Source of the DNA: Calditrichia bacterium | GTDB lineage: Bacteria; Calditrichota; Calditrichia; JAJRVZ01 | Assembly: GCA_963777955.1 (NCBI GenBank) | Contig: CAVZSQ010000017.1 | Location: 32,001-96,000 of the forward strand | DNA length: 64,000 bases | Direction: 5' to 3' | Shown: piece after piece, positions 22,770-32,356 of the stretch | Layout: each line of letters begins with the position of its first letter | Position numbering within the stretch: position 1 is the first letter of the stretch | Made by a program: the position numbers and the translations under genes | Notes under the pieces: model-generated | What the model saw: the letters and a program-made list of their open reading frames with translations, nothing else | Databases searched by the model: none | Told to the model about the DNA's origin: nothing

Positions 22770-23269
22770 ATGAAAAAAATATATATCTTCGTTCTTATTA
22801 ATTGTAACGATAACGGTCTTTACAGGAACAACCATTGTTATTACGACTAATGAACCTGAAATAACTTTTGAAAAATTCGAAAAGGGTGATACAGTAAATG
22901 TTCTTGAAAAGTTAGACTTTGATAAAGGGAAGTGGTTTGCTTATTTAGTATTAAGTAGAAGTGATTTTCCAGATTTGAATAATTAATACCCAGAAGAACC
23001 TGCCTTAAGTCGGAAGATACAAATTTGATGAATCAGATGAAAAAGAGTGGAAGTTTATATATACAGCGGGTGATATAGCAACTGTCGAAAGTTTTATTAT
23101 ATTTTATAATGATGGGAAAGCAGTCTTTGAATCTGTGATAGTACTTGACCAAGACCTGGAAGGATTGCAATCCGCATCATTCGGTTGGCTTGAACCAGTA
23201 TCTAAAAATTTATTAATAAAATATTGTATGAAATTTAAACAGGTTTATTGGCCTGTACTGGTATTATAA
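22770..23269 (+). CDS. AT-rich hypothetical exported protein (frameshifted)
   Basis: MKKIYI + hydrophobic start; coding fragments 'EKFEKGDTVNVLEKLDFDKGKWFAYLV' and 'EGLQSASFGWLEP...YWPVLVL*' in shifting frames. Confidence 0.5.
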
Positions 23270-23306
23270 TTAAATCGTACAGTGCGAATTCCGTCTGACG
23301 GAGGAG

Positions 23307-23332
23307 GTGGGTTCGACTCCCGCGTGCCCCCG
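23307..23332 (+). other. tRNA 3'-end fragment (T-arm + acceptor strand), possibly tRNA-Sec-like; att-site candidate
   Basis: GTGGG-TTCGACT-CCCGC T-arm then GTGCCCCC-G; no D-arm, anticodon arm or CCA. Confidence 0.5.
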
Positions 23333-23339
23333 TTTTATA

Positions 23340-23601
23340 AAATCACAAATTCCAAGCACCAAATTCCAAAAAGTAATCATTATTCGATTCAAGACTTTAC
23401 AAATTGGTAATTAGTAATTGGTAATTGGTAATTTGGTTTTTGGAATTTGATTATTGGTATTTGGAATTTGGCGTTTGGAATTTGATTGCTGGAATTTGGT
23501 TCTTGGAATTTGGAATTTCTTGCTCTAAATTAATAAAGCATCATATCGTATTTAAAAGAAGACGTCTAATAACTTAAAAATACTTATAGAACGGAGTGAA
23601 T
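23340..23601 (+). repeat. Leader 2: heptamer-repeat inverted-repeat element + AGACGTCT block
   Basis: 23347-23368 is the reverse complement of 23490-23511 (1 mismatch); highly similar to leader 1; AGACGTCT at 23560. Confidence 0.8.
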
Positions 23602-24770
23602 ATGTGTAAGCATTTCACAAGATTCTTATCTTATGACTTTGATTATTTCAATTTTATTTTCAGTTTCAATAATTCAGGCTCAGGTAGATACACTCTGGAC
23701 CAAAACGTTTGGGGGAAGTGGTAGAGATGTGGGTTTATCAGTCCAACAGACTATTGATGACGGATATATTATAACTGGATTTACATCTTCCTTTGGTGCT
23801 GGGTACGATGATGTTTGGCTGATTAAAACAAATGCTAATGGTGACACGCTGTGGACAAAAACATTTGGGGGGAGTAATATGGATTGGGGTCAGTCTGTCC
23901 AGCAAACGATGGATGGAGGATATATCATAACTGGAAGTACACCTTCACTTGGTAGTAATGGTTACGCTGATGTCCGGCTAATTAAAACAAATGCTGATGG
24001 TGACACGCTGTGGACAAGAACGTTTGGGGGAAGTTATTTTGGTGAAGGGATATCAGTTCAGCAAACTAATGATGGAGGATATTCCATGGCCGGAGATACA
24101 TGGTCATTTGGTACAGGTCATTGTGATATTCGGTTGATTAAAACAAATATCGATGGTGACACGCTTTGGACAAAAACGTTTGGGGGCAGTAATAACGAAT
24201 ATGTCAGTGAAGCCATGCAGACTAAAGATGAAGGTTATGTTTATAATTGGATGGACGAATTCATTTGGTGCTAGTCAACGAGATGCTTGGTTGATCAAAA
24301 CAAATGCCGATGGTGACACACTATGGACAAAAACGTTTGGAGGAAGTGGTGATGATTGGGGTCAAGCAATTCAACAAACTTCTGATGAAGGGTATATTCT
24401 AACTGTACTGACATTTTCATTCGGTGATGTAAACGGTGATATTTGGCTTATTAAAATTAATACCTTTGGTGATACGATCTGGACAAAAACATTTGGGGGA
24501 AGCGGTTGGGATGGTGGTAATTCTATCCAGCAGACGAATGATGGAGGATATATTTTAACAGGATATACAGATTCATTCGGTGTTGAAGTTGTGAAGTCTG
24601 GTTGATTAAAACCAATGCCTCTGGCGATACGCTCTGGACAAAAACGTTTGGGGGAATTAATATGGATGATGGTATTTCTGTTCAGCAGACGAAGGATGGA
24701 GGGTCTATAATCACTGGTTAGACATGTTCATTTAGTGCCGGCGAAGATGAATCTGGTTAGGTGAAACAAG
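23602..24770 (+). pseudogene. Propeller unit 2: signal peptide + 7 repeats, no C-terminal sorting domain
   Basis: Seven WTKTFGG-type repeats; TAG at 24719 inside repeat 7; runs straight into leader 3 with no NFPNPFNP domain. Confidence 0.7.
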
Positions 24771-24907
24771 ATTGAAATTTGGTTTTTGGAATTTGTTTTC
24801 TAGAATTTGGAATTTGGAATTTCGTATTCTATATTAATAAAGAAATCATATCGTATTTAAAAGAAGACGTCTAATAACTTGAAAAATACTTAGAGAATGG
24901 AGTGAAT
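24771..24907 (+). repeat. Leader 3 (right half only) + AGACGTCT block
   Basis: ttggaattt heptamers; AGACGTCT at 24865; same GGAGTGAAT-ATGTGT start context. Confidence 0.75.
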
Positions 24908-26384
24908 ATGTGTAAGCATTTCGTAGAACACTTTTCACTGAGTATCATTTTTGGAATTTTCATATATCTAGTTCAATAATTCAGGCTCAGGTAGATACAC
25001 TCTGGACGAAAACATTCGGGAGGAATGGTTACGACTGCGGTTATTCTGTCCAGCAGACTTCCAGGGAAGGATATATTTTAACCGGAACTACAACTTCGTT
25101 TGGTGCCGGTAATTATGATGTTGGTTGATTAAAACAGATGATTCGGGTGATACACTGTGGACAAAAACTTTCGGAGGAAGTAAGGAAGATCAGGGTTTTT
25201 CAATACAGAAGACTTCAGATGACAGGGTATATAATAACTGGATATAGAAAATCATTCGGGATGGGTGCACAGGATGTTTGGGTGATTAAAACAGATGCTA
25301 TGGGTGATACACTCTGGACAAAGACTTTTGGTAAAAATGGTGACGACTATGGTAATTCAATACATCAGACTTCAGATGAAGGATATATTTTAACTGGAAC
25401 TACAACTTCATACGGCGCTGGTAATTATGATTTGTGGTTGATTAAAACAAATACCTTGGGCGATACACTTTGGACAAAAACTTTTGGTGGAAGCGGTGAG
25501 GATCGGGGTTATTCAGTACAACAAACTTCAGATGGAGGATTTATTATAACTGGAAGCACAGACTTCTTACGGCGCCGGTAATCTTGACGTTTGGTTGATT
25601 AAAACAGATACCGCTGGTGATATAGAGTGGACAAAAACCTTTGGAGGAATTTATTCGGATCTTGGTAGATCAGTCCAGCAGACTATGGATGAAGGATATA
25701 TTATTACAGGATATACATCTTCATTCGGTGCAGGTGGGAATGATGTTTGGGTGATTAAAACTGATGCTGATGGCAATGGACTTTGGGCAAAGACGTTCGG
25801 CGGAAGTCAACCTGATAACGGTAGCACTCAATCCAGCAGACTTCAGATGAGGGATATATTTTAACAGCGAGTACATATTCATTCGGCACTGGTAATCGTG
25901 ATACTTGGTTGATTAAAACTGATATCAATGGTGATACACTATGGACAAAAACATTTGGGGGCGGCGGGGAAGACATAGACTGGTTCTGTCCAAAGAACTT
26001 TAGATCAGGGAGATATTATCATCGGAGTTACTAATTCATTCGGCACCAGTGGTGCTGATGTTTGGCTGATTAAAACTACTTTTGATGCTACTTCAATTGA
26101 AAAAACCAATATTACTACTCCCTCAGATTATACGTTATCTCAGAATTTTCCAAATCCCTTCAATCCAAAAACAACTTTTAAGTTCTCTATTCCAAAATCA
26201 GATCAGGCAACAATCTCTATCTATACCATTTCTGGCCAGATAATTGAATCAAAAACCATGAATTTGAATCTGGTTCTATAGTTATGAATTTGATGGAACA
26301 AAATATTCCACAGGCATATATTTTTATAAAATCTCGACTTCATCAGGTTTTACGGCAGAACAGAAAATGGTGTTGTTAAAATAA
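24908..26384 (+). CDS. Propeller unit 3: signal peptide + 7 repeats + T9SS-type C-terminal domain; multiple frameshifts
   Basis: Seven W(T/A)KTFG repeats; '[14 protein letters not shown]...GIYFYKI...QKMVLLK*'. Confidence 0.8.
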
Positions 26385-26534
26385 TTTGTAATTGGTAATT
26401 GGATTTTGGAATTTGAATTTTGAAATTTGATTATTGGAATTTGTTACTTGGTGCTTGGAATTTATAGTAAATTTATATAGTATTTATCAGAAGACGTCTA
26501 ATAATTAAAAAATATTCTACAGAATGGAGTGAAT
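26385..26534 (+). repeat. Leader 4 (variant right half) + AGACGTCT block
   Basis: Heptamer repeats; AGACGTCT at 26492; GGAGTGAAT-ATGTGT. Confidence 0.75.
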
Positions 26535-28028
26535 ATGTGTAAACATTTCACAGAACACTTTTCTTTGAGTATTATTTTATTAATTTTCTTTTCTATTTCA
26601 ATAATTCAGGCTCAGGTGGATACGCTTTGGACTAAAACGTTTGGGGGAGGTGGCACTGATGCATGGGTTTTTCAGTCCAGCAGACTACAGATGGACGGCT
26701 ATATTCTAGCTGGAGAGACAAATTCATTCGGTGCTGGTGAAAATGATGTTTGGCTGATTAAAACCAATGCCGATGGTGATACGATCTGGACAAAAACGTT
26801 TGGGGGAAGTAGTGATGATCTGGTTATTCAGTCCAGCAGACTATAGATGGTGGGTATATTATAACTGGAGTATACATATTCATTCGGTGCTGGTAACTGT
26901 GATGTTTGGCTAATTAAAACCAATGCCTCTGGTGATACGCTGTGGACAAAAACGTTTGGAGGAAGTCGAATAGAGGATTTGGGGTAATTCAGTCCAGCAG
27001 ACCACAGATGAAGGATATATTATAACTGGAAATACACATTCATTCTGGTGGTTGATGGTTTCAAAGAATGATTTGGCTGATTAAAACCAATGCATCTGGT
27101 GATACACTCTGGACAAAAATATTTGGGGGAAATGGTTCTGAGAGGGGTTATTCAGTCCAGCAGACTACAGATGAAGGGTATATTATAACTGGATCCATAC
27201 TCATAGTCATATGAGTTATCGATGTTTGGCTGATTAAAACAAATGCTTCTGGTGATACACTCTGGACAAAAACATTTGGGGGAATGGACTTGGATTGTGG
27301 GTTATTCAGTCCAGCAGACTGCAGATGAAGGGTATATTATAACTGGATTATACAGAGATTCATTCGGCTGCGATGGTTATGATGAGATGTTTGGTTGATT
27401 AAAACCAATGCCTCTGGTGATACGCTCTGGACAAAAACATTTGGGGGAAGTGGTGATGATGAGGGGTATTCAGTCCAACAGACTATAGATGAAGGGTATA
27501 TTATAACTGGATATACAGATTCATTTGGTGCTGGCTGACTGATGATATTTGGCTGATTAAAACCAATGCCGATGGTGATACACTCTGGACAAAAACATTT
27601 GGGGGAGTGGTTATGATATTGGTAATTCAGTCCAGCAGACTATAGATGAAGGCTATATTATAACTGGATATACATCTTCATTCGGTGCTGGTGGTTCTGA
27701 TGTTTGGCTGATTAAAACTACTCCTGAGGTAAGCACAATTGAAAAAAGTGATATTAATACCCTTTCAGATTATACGTTATCGCAAAATTTTCCAAATCCC
27801 TTCAATCCTAAAACAACTTTTAAATATTATATTCCCAAATCAGATCAGGTAACGATCTCTATCTATACTATTTCCGGTCAGATAATTGAATCAAAAACCA
27901 TGAATTTAAATCCTGGTTCATACAGTTATGAATTTGATGGTTCTAAATATTCTACAGGCATCTATTTTTATAAAATCTCGACTTCATCTGGTTTTACTGC
28001 GAGGCGTAAGATGGTATTGCTGAAATGA
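26535..28028 (+). CDS. Propeller unit 4: signal peptide + 7 repeats + T9SS-type C-terminal domain; heavily frameshifted
   Basis: [38 protein letters not shown]; seven repeats; 3' end almost identical to unit 1. Confidence 0.8.
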
Positions 28029-28067
28029 TCATTTGGGGAAGTCGGAACAGGGATCAACTAGTGACCC

Positions 28068-28210
28068 ACCCCTGCCCCTCCCTTTCAGTCTCTTGACTGA
28101 AAGGGAGGGGTGTGGGGAGGGTTGTTTTTCAAACATTTGCCGCAACATTAATGTTGCGGCTACCGGGAAGATTATTCATTCTTTTCCCGCAATCTAAAGA
28201 TTGCGACTAC
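28068..28210. repeat. Hairpin cluster at the right edge of the island: C/G hairpin plus two GTAG-REP-like palindromes
   Basis: 16-bp stem 28075-28110; perfect 22-bp palindrome 28139-28160 overlapping CTAC; cgcaatct-aa-agattgcg + ACTAC at 28188-28210. Confidence 0.75.
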
Positions 28211-28475
28211 TTAAACTCAATGGTCTCTTAGTATATTGACTGTCACCTGTCCTGGTATTTCCGATCGAAGGGCTCCTCAAATTTTAATAATACTTTCTCC
28301 AGACTTGTTTTCACATAACTGTGCGATTTAAAATACCAACCACAATTTGTTTTCTACATTAATAATACCTGTACAGGTTTAAATCGGTTCTGGTAAGCTG
28401 ATCGCATTAATTTTACCCCTCACCACCATAGTTTTTAGCCTGATTCCAGATTCATCCTGCATTCATTAACACCAC

Positions 28476-28491
28476 AGGCATGGTTCTTGCA
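28476..28491 (+). promoter_or_regulatory. Sigma54 (-24/-12) promoter candidate
   Basis: AGGCATG-GTTC-TTGCA matches the spacing of TGGCACG-N4-TTGCW. Confidence 0.55.
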
Positions 28492-28503
28492 TAAGCAGAA
28501 CTC

Positions 28504-30500
28504 ATGAATTTGTATTATCATATAAGTCTTCGCGCTTTCCGATTATATATCAAAAGTCCCGTTAAGCAGATTCTTGCTGATATTCCTGCTGCAAAGTTTA
28601 TTCTGGAATGCTCCAGCACCACTGTATGGACAGACTGGATTCACTGGCCGAGGTGATCAGCGAATCCATTCCCGATCAGAATGAGATTAATTCGCTGCTG
28701 GAGGAATTTACGGGCAATCCGCTCGATCTTAATTCTGCCAGCCGGGCTGAACTGGAATACTTCTCATTTCTCTACACCGGCGCAGATCGATACAATACTC
28801 GAATCCCGGCCCTTTCAAGCATAAAAGTGCATTGGCCGGCATTTTAGGCAGGTCAACTTATAAACTTTTTGCCCCCTTTTTTACGGTTACCAGAAAATTA
28901 CCCCCTTTTCATTCCTCGGCTGTCATCCGCTGGCAATCCGTTCTGGAACACAATAAAGGTCTGCGAGAAAAAATATACCGGGGCTCAGCCGGAGTCGCTT
29001 TACACCCGCCTGCAATTTCAGTACCGGCCGACGCTCAGCGGAGGTATCCTTACTCAGAAAGATGCCGGTGAATCTTCACTCTATGACCACTATGCCGGAT
29101 TTTTACAATGGCTTGACCCGCCGGGCAGATTTAAAATTATTCTGGGTACTTATCAGCTCCAGGCGGCACAGGGGCTGGTCTTTGCTGCTCCCTTCGGCAG
29201 CAGTAAAGGCATCTTCCCCATGACACCCTCGCAATTTAATGCCATAAAAGCATCCCCGTTTTTGTCATCCGGCGAGAACGATGGTTTCCTGGGTATGGCC
29301 GGTCAGATCAGCATTTTTGACTACGCCAGATTGACCCTCTTTTACTCCAATCGATCCAGGGATGCTACCATCACAGACGGACAGGTAAAAAATATTGCCG
29401 GCAGCGGCTATCATCGCACCCCTGCGGAAATTATGGGGATGGATGCCTTGCATGAAATGATGATGGGAACCGGCGGTTCGGTTTTTATCTCCCGGACTAT
29501 TTCTTTTGGTGCATTGATGTTTTCTACCAGATATAAAACACAGATAGCATCTCCGGCCGGCCCGGCTATGACTACGCTGGCAGATTCAGTTCCTGATTTT
29601 CTATCCGGACCGATAAAGTGTTGTTCCTTCTTTGGCCATGCTGCAGTTTTTGGTTTGAATCTTTCAGCCGAACTGGCCACCAGCAACTTCCGCAAAATGG
29701 CCGGGCAGTTTGTACTGGCTTACAGTTATCTTGAGCATGAGGCGGGTATAAAGTGCTGGTGGATCCCCAAAGAATTTACCTCCCCCTTTGGCAGGTCTTT
29801 TGCCAGTAATTCCTCCTTTCCACAGGCAAAAAACGGTGTCTATTTCGCTGTCTCCGCTTTAGCCGGAACGAATTTTCCTGTGGATATTTACTGGACTATT
29901 GAAAAAGATTTATGGCCAGGCGGCTTTAATCCCCTGCCCTTATTTCAAAAGGAATTTGCAGTACAGACCAGTTATCATGCCGACCACTTGACCCTTATCT
30001 CCGGGAAATACCGTTACAGCGAACATTATTATTTTACCACAGACAAATCACAGACCCGTCCCCGTTATTTATACCAATTCCGCTTACAGTTGGAAAAATC
30101 ATTTTCCCCGCGTTTGCGGATCCGCTGCCGTCTGGAAAAGATGCTGCTGGCCCAGAGTCACTCCTTAAACGGAATTAATCTCTATCATGACCTGGACTGT
30201 CGTATCGGTTCTGCTGTCAATCTGATCGTTCGTTTCAGTTCTTTCGGGTCGGACGATTATCTGGTCCATACTTATGAATATGAAAACGATCTGCCCGGAG
30301 TTTTTTCCAGCTACCCGGTCTATGGCCGGGGCAATAAATGGTACCTGCTGATTAAGTGGCAAATTTCAAATCATCTGACTTGCTGGGCTAAATACAGGAA
30401 ATTTTACCAGGATGGTGTAAACACCATCGGCAGCGGTAATGAATTAATCGACAGTGATCACAAGCAGGAAGTGAGATTCCAGTTAAACTGGGAATACTAG
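28504..30500 (+). CDS. Helix-hairpin-helix (ComEA-like) domain outer-membrane protein (frameshifts in the 5' part)
   Basis: 'NPLDLNSASRAEL' HhH; 'QKDAGE', 'SGYHRT..E', 'YEYENDL'; beta-barrel-like end 'EVRFQLNWEY'. Confidence 0.75.
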
Positions 30501-30502
30501 AA

Positions 30503-31308
30503 TTATAAATCCCGGCGGTTAAACTGCAGGATACTCAAATCAGAAATATGCCGGTTAAAATCACACAGATAAACATATCCTGGGAAAGGGATGTTTTATT
30601 CATTATAATTTCGCTGGGTTGATATAATTTGAAATAACTAAATGTCTGAAAACTCTTTAACGAATCGTTTACCCGGGTAATGGTATCATAAAAATATAAA
30701 AAGACGACCAGGCCGATAATCCGGCTGAGCGCTTTACCCCGTTCATTCTGGAAAGAGGCCAGGGCCAGGGCCAGGGCAGCCATGCTCAGATAAAAGAAAA
30801 AAGCCAGCACTGCAATACGGGCATAATCGGAAACATGCAGTCCCAGCGAAAATTGCGTATTGGCGGCCAGAGTGCCCAGGACGATCGCCACGATCTGAAA
30901 AGCAGTTGCGGAAAGAATGAAGATAAACAGATGGGTGGGCACCACCGAGCGGTGGACCGGCTTGGAAAAGAAGATATCAAAATTCCTCGATTCAATTTCA
31001 CCGCTGATATAGCGCGCCGGTATACTTATGGCTAAAAACGACAAACTGATCAGGATCAAGGGATGGGCATAACCGAAAGCTATCATCTGTGTATAATAAA
31101 ATTCAGTCCCCGCCTGTACGCCTAAAAATGAAGTTATCTCCGCCGGTAAAAACTTAAAGTACGATTCGATAAAACTGCTGATCGGCGATCTGAAAAAAAC
31201 CCAGGCATACAGATATTCAAATAAGCCGCAGAATACAACCAGGATGAGCACAACATAGCGCTGATCATGCCATACTTTTTTCAGATAGGGGATCTGTAAT
31301 AAGTGCAT
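30503..31308 (-). CDS. ABC-2 type permease (frameshift near the 3' end)
   Basis: 'ISGEIE....D..FSKPV.R'; after a 1-nt shift it ends 'LSILQFNRRDL*'. Confidence 0.8.
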
Positions 31309-31327
31309 CCGGATCTGTTCACCCTGC

Positions 31328-32215
31328 TTAATTGTAATAGGTCAAAAAGGTCTCTTCCAGAGTCGGTTCCGGGAAGACCAGGTTATTGACCGGGTACTGC
31401 GTTATTTTTTTCAACAACAGATTTATATCTCCGCTGACCAGGAATACAAAATGGTTATGCTGCTGTTCACTTAATTTGACACCGGCCATTTCAAATTGCC
31501 GCGGGTCGATGTCATCGGCAAAGGTTATCTCCATTTTGCGGACCATTTTTTTCTTCAGGTCACTGATCTTTTCTTCGGCGATCAGCTTGCCCTCCCGCAC
31601 CAGCCCGACCCGGTCACAGATCTTTTCCACCTCGGCCAGGTTATGTGAAGAAAAAAATATAGTTTTCCCGGAGGTTTTAAACTTGTGGATATATCGATAT
31701 AATATATTTTTATTGATCGGATCGAGGCCTTCGCTAGGCTCATCCATAATCAGTAATTGCGGATCGCATTGCAGCGCCTGAATAATCGCCAGCTTCTGTT
31801 TCATGCCGTGCGAGTAGTACTTGATCTTCTTCATTAAATCCTGGGGAGTCAGTTGAAAGGCCTGCACTAATTCAGGCTGGAGAACAGCCGCTTTGGCATT
31901 GGCGGCAGCCATATAATCCAGAAAGTACTTGCCGGTCAGATCCTCATACAGTTTAAATTCGCCCGGCACATTGCCGATCTCTTTGAAAATACGCTGATAA
32001 CCGGATCGTACTTCCTGGCCAAAAATTTTTACATGCCCGGCTGTAGCCTGGATCAGATTCAGGATCAAACGGATGGTGGTGGATTTTCCGGCACCGTTGG
32101 GTCCTAAAAAACCGAATACTTCCCCGGCATAGATCCTGAGATTTACATTTTCAATGCCCCGGTGCTTTTTATAGTATTTGGTCAGGGCACTGGTTTCGAT
32201 GATCGGCTGCTCCAT
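31328..32215 (-). CDS. ABC transporter ATP-binding protein
   Basis: GPNGAGKST, YSHGMKQK, MDEP, SSH; likely start MEQPII at 32215. Confidence 0.92.
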   Translation of the reverse strand: MEQPIIETSALTKYYKKHRGIENVNLRIYAGEVFGFLGPNGAGKSTTIRLILNLIQATAGHVKIFGQEVRSGYQRIFKEIGNVPGEFKLYEDLTGKYFLDYMAAANAKAAVLQPELVQAFQLTPQDLMKKIKYYSHGMKQKLAIIQALQCDPQLLIMDEPSEGLDPINKNILYRYIHKFKTSGKTIFFSSHNLAEVEKICDRVGLVREGKLIAEEKISDLKKKMVRKMEITFADDIDPRQFEMAGVKLSEQQHNHFVFLVSGDINLLLKKITQYPVNNLVFPEPTLEETFLTYYN

Positions 32216-32356
32216 GATACTGAATATAAATAGATTTGCCCTATTCTGGATAGAGAAATTTAAATATGATAATAAAGTAATTGTTTGCAGGCCATGCTTG
32301 CAAGCATGGTTTGCTTTGGCTAAATTTTCTTTAAAACCACGGGTGTATTTATTCAA

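Noticed and set aside
22195..22770. Integron attC sites around the orphan genes (GTTATAG before 22210, TATATAAC after 22689)
   Set aside because: Only a 6-bp match, no GTT-containing R' box or L boxes at the expected spacing, and no integrase.
23270..23340. Complete functional tRNA gene
   Set aside because: No matching 5' acceptor strand, D-arm or anticodon arm; reported only as a fragment.
20128..26463. CRISPR array
   Set aside because: Repeats are 7-mers or ~156-bp coding repeats; there is no constant repeat with unique spacers and no cas gene.
20373..28028. Diversity-generating retroelement acting on the propeller genes
   Set aside because: No reverse transcriptase or Avd gene in the window, and no template/variable pair differing only at adenines was seen.
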